In this document: piece after piece, positions 19,970-31,630 of the stretch
How the letters are laid out: each line of letters starts with the position of its first letter
Position numbering within the stretch: position 1 is the first letter of the stretch
The notes under the pieces: generated by a model
What the model was told of the DNA's origin: nothing
Database searches by the model: none
Seen by the model: only the letters and a program-made list of their open reading frames with translations
Source: an uncultured Fidelibacterota bacterium
GTDB lineage: Bacteria > Fidelibacterota > Marinisomatia > Marinisomatales > UBA1611
NCBI GenBank assembly: GCA_950068325.1
Contig: CATMHQ010000004.1
Coordinates: forward strand, 45 to 64,044
Length of the DNA: 64,000 nt
Direction of reading: 5' to 3'
Translations under genes and position numbers: made by a program

Positions 19970-20430
19970 TTTTTATATTCTTTCAAAAGTGTTTCCTTCA
20001 ATGCATCAAAGGAGTAAAAAGTTTGCGTGGAACAGGAGGAGATCCAGGCGCTTAATTTTTCTTTGGAAAGTCTGTTCACTAAAAATACCGGCCGATCCAC
20101 CCAATAGGCCATAGTGACCTCTCCGTGGGTGCCACCACCATACAATACACTTTCGTCCCAAAGGACGATCAAATAATCCACTTTCCCAATGACGGCTCGA
20201 AGATCCTGGTTGATCAAAAGCCGAATGAATTCCTTGAATTTTTCCGGATCAGTCGTTTTCCAATCCCGATAATCTTCTGCATCATGGGCGATGACCATTT
20301 TTTCCGATTCAAGGACTGGATCAATCGTGTCATGGTTGAGGTTTTCCTTGAGCCAAACCGTCATGTCAGTACGCCAATCCGCACCTTCATTCTGGGCATT
20401 CTCCATGCCGCCGGATAAATAAGCGATCAA
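19966..20430 (-). CDS. nucleoside 2-deoxyribosyltransferase-like / DNPH1-like Rossmann protein (function unknown)
   Basis: The pattern IAYLSGGME ... DYLIVLWDESVLYGGGTHGEVTMAYWVDRPVFLV resembles the NDT/Rcl superfamily. I propose a TTG start at 20430, overlapping the upstream stop as TTGA. The track's longer start (20514) overlaps the permease gene by 88 nt. Confidence 0.5.
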   Translation of the reverse strand: MIAYLSGGMENAQNEGADWRTDMTVWLKENLNHDTIDPVLESEKMVIAHDAEDYRDWKTTDPEKFKEFIRLLINQDLRAVIGKVDYLIVLWDESVLYGGGTHGEVTMAYWVDRPVFLVNRLSKEKLSAWISSCSTQTFYSFDALKETLLKEYKK

Positions 20431-21176
20431 TGTCGTAACTTTCGTTTCAGGATGGTGGTGTTGCCTAACATCCAAAGTAATCCTAGAAGCAATGAAGAAA
20501 AAAGCAGTGCCCAATCAATGATACCGCTGCGAATAAACAATTGAAATGCCTGGTATGGGATGGACAGGGGTTGCCATCTTAAGAAATTTTCAATCCCCGC
20601 AGGAAAAAAACCGAATTCAATGATAAAACCATTCCCGAATAAAATAAAAATGAATGTTATGAAAGTGATCAAAAAGAATGTCGTCACTGTATCAATAAGT
20701 AATCCCATACTGATGAAATAATTGCCAAGGAGCAATAAATACACTGCAAGACAAACCATCATGAAAAGGGTGTCAATCACAGTGAGCGGAAAGGGGGCCA
20801 ATCCTGAAAAAATCACTAATGAAATAAGGCTCAGGATCATAGCTTCGATTCCTGCAACGATGAGATACCCTCCGATCAACATGCGTTTCCTGTAAGGCGC
20901 AAGCGCCACATGGACAAGGACTTTTTGGTGAACCCGCAGGTCAAAGAAATCACGGTAAAGAAGTGGAAATAATCCCACAGACGAAATGACGAAAATGAAT
21001 CCAGGAATGACCCAAAGTTCGAACGGAACCCCAGACAAGCTATGCCCCATGATATTTTTCAATGGAAGATTAACCAATGCAAACAGGATAACGGGCATAG
21101 CTAACAGTAAGATCAGACTGGGAATCAACCGGTTTTGCCATAGCCAAAGTCGCCGTTTCAATAGAGCGAGAATCAA
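20427..21176 (-). CDS. ABC-2 type transporter permease
   Basis: 249 aa, six hydrophobic helices. It overlaps the upstream ABC ATPase gene by 4 nt. Confidence 0.65.
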   Translation of the reverse strand: MILALLKRRLWLWQNRLIPSLILLLAMPVILFALVNLPLKNIMGHSLSGVPFELWVIPGFIFVISSVGLFPLLYRDFFDLRVHQKVLVHVALAPYRKRMLIGGYLIVAGIEAMILSLISLVIFSGLAPFPLTVIDTLFMMVCLAVYLLLLGNYFISMGLLIDTVTTFFLITFITFIFILFGNGFIIEFGFFPAGIENFLRWQPLSIPYQAFQLFIRSGIIDWALLFSSLLLGLLWMLGNTTILKRKLRH

Positions 21177-22099
21177 TCTAAACCTCTCCCGGCAAATTCT
21201 GAATCCAACAGATCCCGGAGTCCCAGTTTTTTCACATTCAGATCGATCATCAATTCATCGGATGCGGTACGAATTACATCAAAGAAGACATTTCGTGTCC
21301 GACCGTAGAAATGGAAAATATTGTCTAACCGGTTCGGGGATACAACTGTAGCCACATTAGCGAGTTGTTTATACAATTTAGCAGATAAATTTTTAAACTC
21401 AATCTGGAATTGATGGTAATCCATTGTGCTTTCCAATAATTTGTCCAAATGACCATCCATGAGTATTCGCCCCTCGTGAAAGACCAATATTCTATCATGT
21501 GCCTGTTCGATCTCTGCCAAGGCATTGCTCACATAAATGATCGTTTTGTTACCTTTCAATTCTTTCAACAGATCCCAGGTAAGCCGGATCGATTCTGCAT
21601 CCATGTAACCGGTAGGCTCATCCATAATTAGAACATCCGGATCATGAACCAATTCCCTGACCAACATGGTTTTTTTCTGGATGCCGTGGGACACATTCAT
21701 AGCAATTTCATTTAGATAGGGAACAAGGTTCAGGGCTTCTGCAAAACGGACAATCCGGGCTGATGCTGTGGCTGTATTCACTTTATAGAGGTTGGCAGTA
21801 AAGCGAATATTTTGTTCCACGGTGAGCCAGGGATCCAAGTCATTTTCATGGGGAACATATCCAATCAATTCCCGTGTTTCCCGGCGACGCTTTTCCATAT
21901 CCAAGCCGTGGATAAATACCTGTCCATAATTTGGATTTTCAAAACCGGAAAGCAATTTAATCAGTGTGGATTTCCCGGCATCATTCACTCCGACGATTGC
22001 CACAAGTGTTCCTCGCTCCACACCAAAGGTGAGTCCCGCCAGGATGGTTTTATCACCGATCAGTTTCCCGACCTTTTTGAGTGTTATACTTGCTTCCAT
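21173..22099 (-). CDS. ABC transporter ATP-binding protein
   Basis: 308 aa. Walker A GVNDAGKST, Q-loop, Walker B VLIMDEPTGYMD and H-loop are present. The signature motif reads VSHGIQKK. There is a C-terminal extension of about 90 aa. Confidence 0.9.
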   Translation of the reverse strand: MEASITLKKVGKLIGDKTILAGLTFGVERGTLVAIVGVNDAGKSTLIKLLSGFENPNYGQVFIHGLDMEKRRRETRELIGYVPHENDLDPWLTVEQNIRFTANLYKVNTATASARIVRFAEALNLVPYLNEIAMNVSHGIQKKTMLVRELVHDPDVLIMDEPTGYMDAESIRLTWDLLKELKGNKTIIYVSNALAEIEQAHDRILVFHEGRILMDGHLDKLLESTMDYHQFQIEFKNLSAKLYKQLANVATVVSPNRLDNIFHFYGRTRNVFFDVIRTASDELMIDLNVKKLGLRDLLDSEFAGRGLD

Positions 22100-22146
22100 T
22101 ATTTATTTGCCACGAAGTTTCGCTAAGTTTTTTTCCTTTTTACATT

Positions 22147-22184
22147 TTCCATCTTCCATCTTAATTCCAAATCCTAATCCAATC
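22147..22184. repeat. intergenic CCAATC/GATTGG-word repeat, copy 1
   Basis: The sequence is ttccatcttccatcttaattccaaatcctaatccaatc. Its reverse complement matches 46452-46482 (attaggatt[t/a]ggaattaagat..ggaa..atgg) at about 28 of 30 positions with one indel. Confidence 0.5.
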
Positions 22185-24915
22185 AGTGTGCTTCAAACCA
22201 GTTATTACCAATACCATGATCCACGATCAAAGGCACTGACAACTCCATTGCATTTTCCATTTTATCCACAACCAATTTTAATAAGGAATCTTCTTCAGAA
22301 TCGGGGAATTCGAACAACAATTCATCATGAATCTGCAGAATCATTTTTGATTCCATTTTTTGGTCTTCTATTTCATTTTGAATAGCACACATGGCCAGTT
22401 TGATCATTTCCGCAGCGGAACCCTGTATCGGCATATTTATAGCCATGCGCTCTGCTGCTTGGCGACGGAGTCCATTATCCGAATCTGCATCCCAAACAGG
22501 ACGACGACGACCCAGCATTGTTTCTACATATTTATCATTACGCGCTTTTTCCAAGGTAGCATCAATATAATTCCGGATGCCGGAATATTGGTCAAAATAA
22601 GATTCAATAATTGCAACCGCTTCGTTTCTTGGGATGCCCAATTCCTGGCTCATCCGAAAGGGGCCTGCACCGTACATGATCCCGAAATTCACAACTTTAG
22701 CCGTTCGGCGCATTTCCGGCAAGACTGATTCCAAGGGAACATTAAATACATGGCTTGCTGTTCGTGAATGAATATCTTCTCCATTTTGAAAGGCATCAAT
22801 CAATCCTTTATCCTGACTCAAATGTGCCATGACCCGCAACTCCACCTGGGAATAATCAGCGGATAATATTTTCCAACCATGGGATTGTGCTCGGAATGCT
22901 TTCCGTATCTCCCGCCCCTCTTCCGTCCGAATCGGAATATTCTGGAAGTTGGGATTGGTACTGGAAAGTCGTCCTGTTGCAGCAATGGTTTGATTAAAGG
23001 TGGAATGGATACGACCTGTTTCTTGATTCACTAATTCCGGGAGTGCATCCACATATGTGTTTTTTAGTTTGTTGTACTTTCGGTATTCCAAAATATGCTT
23101 GGGCAGATCATGATGCTCTTTCAGTTTCTTTAACACATCTTCCGCCGTACTTCGCTTCTTTATCTGGGGAAGTTCCAGGATATCGAATAAAATATTTGCC
23201 AACTGTTGTGTGGAATTGATATTGAATTCAGTCCCGGCCAAGTGATGAATATCGGAAATAAGTCCGTCCAGTTTTTTCCCGATTTCCTCAGACATTTCTT
23301 TCAATAAGACCGAATCAACGAATGTGCCTTCATATTCCATTTCAAGGAGAACAGGGATCAAGGGTATTTCGATGGTGGAAAAGAATTCGTAGAGTTCCGC
23401 TTCTTTCAATCTGGTTTCAAACAATTCTGTGAGTTGGAATGCAATATCCGCATCTTCAATGGCATAAAATGATGCTTTTTCAAAGGGTACCTGATCCATT
23501 GTGATCAGGTTTCTCCCTTTCCCGATCAATTCTTCAATGGGCACCATTTCATAATTGAGATGCTCAAGGCTCAAGGTGTCCAATTTTAAGGATCGTGCTG
23601 CAGGATTCAACAAATGCGCCGCAATCATGGTGTCAAATTCAATTCCTTTTAACGTCACACCAAATCGCCTGAGAATCAAAGCATCATATTTGATATCTTG
23701 ACCAGTCTTAAGTATGGAATCGTCTTCCAAAACTGATTTGAGTTTTTCAAGGACAACGAAAAGATCATCATCACCAAAATTGTTCTTTTCTTTCTCCAAA
23801 TATTGGATCGGTATATACCAGCCGGAATCAGCTTTATTGGAAAAACTCAACCCAACAATGTCTGCCTCCATGGGTTGAACAGATGTGGTTTCTAAATCAA
23901 TGGAAAATCGTTTCGATTTTTTCAATTTTTTTACAAGCGCATCCAACTTTTTTTCAGTCAGGATTGTTTTATAATCCTTCTCCACATCCTGTTTTTCTTT
24001 CATTGCTTCAAAATTGGGTTCAGTAGCTAATTGTTTAATGAGGGCATGGAATTCCAATTCGGTGAATTTTTCAGCACAGGCATCCAAATCCATTTCCCGT
24101 TTTTCAAATTCGCTCACGCCTGAAGATAATTCCACGTCGGTGAGTATTGTGACCAGTTCTTTGCTCAAAAGGGCATTTTCAACACCGTCCTTCAAACCAT
24201 TGTGTGCCCGTTTGTTTGTCACTTTATCCGCATTTTCCAATGCGCCTTCTAAGGAGCCATATGCTTTTATGAGTTTCACCGCGGTTTTTTCGCCCACGCC
24301 AGCTACACCGGGGACATTATCGGAACTGTCGCCCATGAGTCCCAAAAGATCGATGATTTTCTCTGGGGGTACACCCCATTTTTCTTCCACTTTCGCCGGA
24401 TCGTAAATGATAGGATCGGGCGATTTTCGCGTACTCGGTGCATACAGGAAAATGTGGTTATTCATGAGTTGCATAAAATCTTTGTCACCACTCACAATAT
24501 ATGTATCCAGTCCTTCTTTTTCCGCCTGAACTGCCAAGGTGCCAATGATATCATCCGCTTCCACACCGGGTTTTTTCAACACGGGTAAATTCATCACTTC
24601 CAGCATTTCCCAGAGATGGGGTAATTGGATCTGTAACTCTTCCGGCATGGGGGGGCGATTTGCCTTGTATTCCTTGTACATATCGTGGCGAAATGTTTTT
24701 TCCTTGGAATCAAAAGCGCAGGCAATATAATCTGGTTTCTCAGAGCGAATCAGTTTCAGGACTTGGTTGGCAAAACCAAAGAGTGCGCTGGTGTGGAGCC
24801 CATAACTGGTGATAAGCGGATTTCGGATCAGGGCGAAATGGGTGCGATAAAGAAGTGCATACCCATCAATAATGAAAAAACGTTTACGGTCGGTTTTATT
24901 TGAAAACATAAGCAA
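22183..24915 (-). CDS. polA: DNA polymerase I
   Basis: 910 aa. It has the 5'-3' exonuclease N-terminus (FIIDGYALLYRTHFA), the 3'-5' exonuclease region and polymerase motifs (DYSQVELRVMAHLS, RRTAKVVNFGIMYG, QIHDELLFE). Confidence 0.97.
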   Translation of the reverse strand: MLMFSNKTDRKRFFIIDGYALLYRTHFALIRNPLITSYGLHTSALFGFANQVLKLIRSEKPDYIACAFDSKEKTFRHDMYKEYKANRPPMPEELQIQLPHLWEMLEVMNLPVLKKPGVEADDIIGTLAVQAEKEGLDTYIVSGDKDFMQLMNNHIFLYAPSTRKSPDPIIYDPAKVEEKWGVPPEKIIDLLGLMGDSSDNVPGVAGVGEKTAVKLIKAYGSLEGALENADKVTNKRAHNGLKDGVENALLSKELVTILTDVELSSGVSEFEKREMDLDACAEKFTELEFHALIKQLATEPNFEAMKEKQDVEKDYKTILTEKKLDALVKKLKKSKRFSIDLETTSVQPMEADIVGLSFSNKADSGWYIPIQYLEKEKNNFGDDDLFVVLEKLKSVLEDDSILKTGQDIKYDALILRRFGVTLKGIEFDTMIAAHLLNPAARSLKLDTLSLEHLNYEMVPIEELIGKGRNLITMDQVPFEKASFYAIEDADIAFQLTELFETRLKEAELYEFFSTIEIPLIPVLLEMEYEGTFVDSVLLKEMSEEIGKKLDGLISDIHHLAGTEFNINSTQQLANILFDILELPQIKKRSTAEDVLKKLKEHHDLPKHILEYRKYNKLKNTYVDALPELVNQETGRIHSTFNQTIAATGRLSSTNPNFQNIPIRTEEGREIRKAFRAQSHGWKILSADYSQVELRVMAHLSQDKGLIDAFQNGEDIHSRTASHVFNVPLESVLPEMRRTAKVVNFGIMYGAGPFRMSQELGIPRNEAVAIIESYFDQYSGIRNYIDATLEKARNDKYVETMLGRRRPVWDADSDNGLRRQAAERMAINMPIQGSAAEMIKLAMCAIQNEIEDQKMESKMILQIHDELLFEFPDSEEDSLLKLVVDKMENAMELSVPLIVDHGIGNNWFEAH

Positions 24916-24960
24916 AAAAATTACGGCACTCTTCTCACCTGTTCCACCAACATTTTACAT

Positions 24961-24996
24961 AAAAAAAGCCTCCGCCAAATGGCGGAGGCTTTTTTT
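24961..24996 (-). terminator. rho-independent terminator downstream of groEL (symmetrical, potentially bidirectional)
   Basis: The sequence is aaaaaaaGCCTCCGCCaaatGGCGGAGGCttttttt. It has a perfect 9-bp GC-rich stem, a 4-nt loop, and flanking A7 and T7 tracts. It lies 27 nt past the groEL stop. Confidence 0.8.
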
Positions 24997-25022
24997 ATAA
25001 ATCAGATAGGATCTGATGAGGA

Positions 25023-26958
<1,936 letters not shown>

Positions 26959-27175
26959 TTCTTCAACTCCTTTATGTGTTGATCTTTTTTATTAAAAATA
27001 TTTATTAAAAGCGGCGGCAAAATTACCACACAATTCGTTTTTATTTCAATATTTAAGACTGATTTATAAATTGTCTTAAATTGTCACTCCTTATACAAAG
27101 AATGTACCAATTTTAGTTATAATTCATTTTGGAAGAGTCAGGTGATAAAAAGTGTCAATATGGCAAAGTCTGTCA

Positions 27176-27613
27176 TTATTTCCCTGTAGAACCGAACCCG
27201 TCTTCGCCTCTTGTTGTTTCTGTCAATTCGTCTACCAACTGGAAATTGATGGGACTTCCGTCCATGGCAACTAATTGAAACAAACGTTGTCCTTTTTCCA
27301 CGGTGTACAGCTCAGATTTAATATTATCCACTACTGCCATGATCTCACCACGGTAGCCCGCATCGATGAGTCCAATAGAATTGCATAGCCGGAGTGGCGT
27401 TTTGGCAATACTGGATCGCGGCATTAACAAATACGGTTTATTTTCCGTATTCTCACAGGCAATGCCCAAATGGATCAGGGTGGTCTCCCCTGCTTCAATG
27501 GTTTGTTCCGAGATCACGAAGAGATCGATCCCCGAATCGCCATCATGAAAATGGCCGTGATTTTCGTAAAGAGATCTGACTGACCCGTTAAATGGTTTGA
27601 TCTTTAAATGCAT
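27176..27613 (-). CDS. dut: dUTP diphosphatase
   Basis: 145 aa. The dUTPase motifs DSGIDLF, PRSSIA, GLIDAGYRGEI, GQRLFQLV and the C-terminal RGEDGFGSTGK are present. Confidence 0.85.
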   Translation of the reverse strand: MHLKIKPFNGSVRSLYENHGHFHDGDSGIDLFVISEQTIEAGETTLIHLGIACENTENKPYLLMPRSSIAKTPLRLCNSIGLIDAGYRGEIMAVVDNIKSELYTVEKGQRLFQLVAMDGSPINFQLVDELTETTRGEDGFGSTGK

Positions 27614-27689
27614 GTTTTTTTGTTGATTGGTTGGATGGTTGATTTGGTGATTGGTAGAATGAAAAACGATAGTGCAATCACTCTATCAT

Positions 27690-28547
27690 TCAATCTTTTT
27701 CGATTAAGGTTTTTATTTTTCTAATATGCTGTGGTGTTGACCCGCAGCAGACCCCGATCACACCAGGATCTTTCATCAAAATAGACTTCATTCCAGCGCT
27801 GAAATTAGATTCGTCAATGATGTCAAAATAATCATTTTCGAAATCAGTTTTTCCAAGGTTTGGATAGGTGCCCCACATCCCTTTCCAATCGTTTTCAAAA
27901 TGATCGATGCACCTTAATGTCGTATCCAATTGGTTGCAATTATTCAGCAAACAATCCACTTCAAAACCATTAATTAGTGAGATAACATCTTGAATTGGCG
28001 TTCCATCTAGAATATGATCGCCGTTTTTCATAATGAGACTTAACCACACCCCATTGTCAAAACCTCTGGCAGTTTCCAGGGCGATGGTGATCTCCTGGAT
28101 ATTCCCCATGGTTTCAAATAAAATGAAATTCAAACCTGCGTCAACCATCCATTCCGTGGTCTCGCCATAAATATCTTCAGCAGCAGTTTTTCCGGGAAAT
28201 TTCTCCGGTGAATAACAGTCTTCAAGAGAGGTAATAGAACCGGCAACTTTTACAGTTTCGCCCGCTGCACTTTGTGCACATTCAACCGCTTTATATAAAC
28301 TATCCTTTGCCCGTTCTCTTGCTCTCGCTGGTGTATATCCTGCTTTTCGATAGGTCCAGGTTGTAGTCCGAAACGTATTCGTTGTAATGAGTTCCGCACC
28401 AGCCTGAATGTATTCGAAATGAATTTCCTTTACAATTTCCGGATGGGTTAAATTGGCATCTGCCGACCAGATCGGTAATGGGAGATCAGTGCCACGATTG
28501 ATCAATTCTGTTCCCATGGCACCATCTAGGAGTAATGGTTTTTTCAT
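27690..28547 (-). CDS. homocysteine S-methyltransferase family protein
   Basis: 285 aa. LLDGAMGTELINRG, ELITTNTFRTT and the zinc-ligand block GVCCGSTPQHI are present. Confidence 0.85.
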   Translation of the reverse strand: MKKPLLLDGAMGTELINRGTDLPLPIWSADANLTHPEIVKEIHFEYIQAGAELITTNTFRTTTWTYRKAGYTPARARERAKDSLYKAVECAQSAAGETVKVAGSITSLEDCYSPEKFPGKTAAEDIYGETTEWMVDAGLNFILFETMGNIQEITIALETARGFDNGVWLSLIMKNGDHILDGTPIQDVISLINGFEVDCLLNNCNQLDTTLRCIDHFENDWKGMWGTYPNLGKTDFENDYFDIIDESNFSAGMKSILMKDPGVIGVCCGSTPQHIRKIKTLIEKD

Positions 28548-29854
28548 TAAACCTTTTTCAAGACTGGAATTAAATAATACAGGGCGATGCTTGTGGTGAT
28601 AATACCGATCCCAACCATAAACTCAAATGTGGATTCCCTGAATGAATAGAACAATATCCAGCAATTGATAATAAGGTAGATCATGGGTGTAAGTGGATAA
28701 GCCCAGACTTTATAAGGACGATCAAGATCAGGTTCATTGATTCGCAGAATAAATAGAGAAATAACTGTCAATGTCGTTGTAATAATAAGAGAAATGCCAG
28801 CATACATCAGCACCTGTTCAAAGGATGATTTGAGAATAAACAGAAATGATATCCCCAATTGAACCCAAAAGGCATTCAATGGGATTTCATCTGAATTCTT
28901 TTCTTTTAGAAATCCGATAAACGCGTGATCTTCTCCCATGATCTGCATGATTCTTGGGCCAATGTAAACATAACTGCTAACGGTGGATAACAATAAAATA
29001 GAAATTCCAATTCCAATAATTTTTGCTCCCATTTTACCAAATATTCGAATACCGGAAATGTAACCCACTTCCACTTGCCCCACCATAGCATCCGTAGGAG
29101 CAGAATACAAAAACACATAATTCAATAAAATATAAAGCACCATGACAAAGGCGGTTCCCATCAGCATGGATCGCGAAATATTCTGTTTCGGATCGTGGAT
29201 CTCTCCCGCAACATAAACCGCTGAATTCCATCCCGTATAGGCATAGGATACCCAAACCAAACTCACAGCAAACCCGGAACTCAACATCACTGCTCCATCT
29301 CCGAGTTTTGGCCAGATCGAAATGGATTGGGGCGCATCCATAAATAATCCAAATGCGATGAAGATCAGGATCAATCCAATTTTTATTGCGGTAGAGCCAT
29401 CCTGAAATTTCGTTCCCCATGTTACACTCATCATATGCAGTCCATGAAACCCTAAAATGACGATTGCAGCGATCAATGTTTGATCCAATCCCGGGATGAC
29501 GGCAGACAAATAACTTCCCAAAGCCATGGCTGCCAAAACTGCGGGTGCAGTAAATCCTACGGTGGCTGAGACTATTCCTGCGCCAAAACCAATGGATGGA
29601 TGGATGATGCGGCTTAATAAATGGTATTCGCCACCGGAGCGTGGCAATGCGGCTCCCAATTCGCTATATACCAATGTGCCGCACAATGCTACAACGCCAC
29701 CAACAATCCAGAGCATCATCAGGGGAAATACGGATTGAATATTTACCAGTTGATAACCGAGACTGGTGAATACACCCGTACCGATCATTGAAGCGACAAC
29801 AAAAGAAGATGCCGTCCAGACAGAGAGATGTCTTCTGGTTTCAGGTTGGGTCAA
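28547..29854 (-). CDS. APC superfamily amino-acid permease
   Basis: 435 aa, 12 TM helices. The N-terminal block SFVVASMIGTGVFTSLG and ELGAALPRSGGEY are present. It overlaps the methyltransferase gene by 1 nt (TAATG). Confidence 0.85.
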   Translation of the reverse strand: MTQPETRRHLSVWTASSFVVASMIGTGVFTSLGYQLVNIQSVFPLMMLWIVGGVVALCGTLVYSELGAALPRSGGEYHLLSRIIHPSIGFGAGIVSATVGFTAPAVLAAMALGSYLSAVIPGLDQTLIAAIVILGFHGLHMMSVTWGTKFQDGSTAIKIGLILIFIAFGLFMDAPQSISIWPKLGDGAVMLSSGFAVSLVWVSYAYTGWNSAVYVAGEIHDPKQNISRSMLMGTAFVMVLYILLNYVFLYSAPTDAMVGQVEVGYISGIRIFGKMGAKIIGIGISILLLSTVSSYVYIGPRIMQIMGEDHAFIGFLKEKNSDEIPLNAFWVQLGISFLFILKSSFEQVLMYAGISLIITTTLTVISLFILRINEPDLDRPYKVWAYPLTPMIYLIINCWILFYSFRESTFEFMVGIGIITTSIALYYLIPVLKKV

Positions 29855-29857
29855 GGA

Positions 29858-30223
29858 TCAGGAGCGAAAAAGATTGAATGCGAGCAGTAACCAGCCGATG
29901 ATGAAACACAATCCGCCAATGGGCGTGATTACGCCAAGCCATCTTGTATTGGTTAAAACCAACAAATAAAGACTCCCGGAAAAAATGACGATACCGGCGG
30001 TAAGGAGAGTAGCAGGAATCTGAATGACATCTTGGGAAATCTGGAAACCAATCGCACCAATTATCAATAATCCAAGTGCATGGTACAAATGATATCGAAC
30101 ACCGGTCTCAAAAATGGCGAGATCTTCTGGCGAGACTTTTGATTTTAAACCATGTGCGCCAAATGCGCCCAATAAAACTGCTAATCCAGCCAGGGACGCC
30201 CCAACAATCAGCCAAGTTTTCAT
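29858..30223 (-). CDS. DUF423 family small membrane protein
   Basis: 121 aa, four TM helices. LGAFGAHGLK and the GSLYLL-type blocks are present. Confidence 0.8.
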   Translation of the reverse strand: MKTWLIVGASLAGLAVLLGAFGAHGLKSKVSPEDLAIFETGVRYHLYHALGLLIIGAIGFQISQDVIQIPATLLTAGIVIFSGSLYLLVLTNTRWLGVITPIGGLCFIIGWLLLAFNLFRS

Positions 30224-31282
30224 CTATGATTCGGAGCGCTGGATAACAGTCCGCATAGGGAAGGGAATCTCAATCCCTTCCTCGTTGAATCGCTTATGGA
30301 GTTTTTTCACAAATTCATGAATGATGGGATTCTGGTCGCCGTATTTATTCCCGCGGAAATAAACTATGAAATCAATGCTGGATTGACCAAATCCTCGGAA
30401 CTTGAAAGCAGGTTTTGCTTCTTTATTCATCTCATCCATGGATTGATGTAAATCATTGGCAACTTCCATCACCACGCGCTCAACCACATCCAAATCGGAA
30501 TCGTAGCCCACACCCACTGGAATTTTGACGGAAAAGCTGGAATCACCGCTGTCATAATTCTTAATTATGGCATTGGACAATTTGGTATTCGGAATATTAA
30601 TTATATTGTTTGTCCGCTCCAGCATTTTTGTATTTCGCCAAGTGATATTCTGGATATATCCCATTTCACCGGAATCCAGAATGACAAAATCGCCTGGTTG
30701 AACTTTTTTACTCAACAAAATATGGAGACCGGCAAATACATCAGTCAGGGTATCCTTGAGGGCAAGTGAGACTGCCAAGCCACCAATTCCCAAAGCCGTA
30801 AGCATGGGCGTGATAGAAATATCCAAAGCATCCAGAATAACAAGTATACCAATAATATAAACAGTGACCCATACAAAATTGATAAACATGGTTGTGGACG
30901 GGAACCCACCCCCTTGATTCTTAGACCAGAGATCAAGTAGACCGACAATGAGTTTAGCTGCTGCATGGGTGATGGAAGCGATCAGGATTATGATCAGGAA
31001 TTTGGATACATAGAGCCCAAACGGTTCAGCAATTTCAACATCACGGAGTGCAAGTGATAGTGCAGCTAAAAAGAACCAGAGAACAATCTGTGATTCTACC
31101 GCATCGAGGATAATGTCATCCCCTTCCCATTCGGACATTGATGCCGCCTTTTTAAGACGGGAATGGACAACCTGTTTAAAAAACATTCCCAGCACAACAC
31201 CGGCAAATACGATCAGCGCCGGTGCTAACCAGGTATTTATAAATGGATAAGTTTGGAAAAACTCAGTACTTGTTGCAATCAT
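30224..31282 (-). CDS. mechanosensitive ion channel, MscS family
   Basis: 352 aa. After the TM helices comes the MscS beta-domain block (VQPGDFVILDSGEMGYIQNITWRNTKM...NNIINIPN). Confidence 0.85.
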   Translation of the reverse strand: MIATSTEFFQTYPFINTWLAPALIVFAGVVLGMFFKQVVHSRLKKAASMSEWEGDDIILDAVESQIVLWFFLAALSLALRDVEIAEPFGLYVSKFLIIILIASITHAAAKLIVGLLDLWSKNQGGGFPSTTMFINFVWVTVYIIGILVILDALDISITPMLTALGIGGLAVSLALKDTLTDVFAGLHILLSKKVQPGDFVILDSGEMGYIQNITWRNTKMLERTNNIINIPNTKLSNAIIKNYDSGDSSFSVKIPVGVGYDSDLDVVERVVMEVANDLHQSMDEMNKEAKPAFKFRGFGQSSIDFIVYFRGNKYGDQNPIIHEFVKKLHKRFNEEGIEIPFPMRTVIQRSES

Positions 31283-31354
31283 AAGAACGGGAATTTAGGG
31301 GTTTTTCAATGGGATTAAATGGAGAATGTCTTGCAAACATAGTGGAAAAATAGA

Positions 31355-31630
31355 TCACCTATACACTTCATCATGACCCCCAATATCAACCAAAATAATT
31401 GATTTATTTTCAAATTTGATGATCAATGTTATTCTGAATTTAAAGGTGAGGTTAATGGCATGGAGCCCATTATATTTTCCACTTAATGGATGGAGTTTAA
31501 GTGAAGGGTGATTGGGGTCATTTCTCAATAATTCAATGATGGATTTAAATCTTGACCGAAGATCTGGATGAGATTTAAAAACCTTTTTTGCAATTCGGCG
31601 AAACGCCGGTGGTGTGCGTATAGAATACAA
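31355..31630 (-). CDS. type II toxin, RelE/ParE superfamily
   Basis: 91 aa. The pattern F.K..KK ... LHPLSGKYNGLHAINLTFKFRITLIIK...IILVDIGGHDEVY is typical of RelE/StbE-like toxins. It abuts the antitoxin gene with no gap. Confidence 0.75.
   Translation of the reverse strand: MYSIRTPPAFRRIAKKVFKSHPDLRSRFKSIIELLRNDPNHPSLKLHPLSGKYNGLHAINLTFKFRITLIIKFENKSIILVDIGGHDEVYR

Noticed and set aside
21173-22099. Degenerate ABC signature (VSHG instead of LSGG) as a sign of a non-catalytic ATPase
   Set aside because: Walker A, Walker B, Q-loop and H-loop all look intact. S-x-G is retained, which is within the normal variation of ABC-2 type exporters.
26959-27175. Searched the 217-nt groES leader for a CIRCE element (TTAGCACTC-N9-GAGTGCTAA) or an obvious sigma-32 promoter
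   Set aside because: Neither consensus is present on either strand. Only a strong AAGGAG ribosome-binding site is evident.
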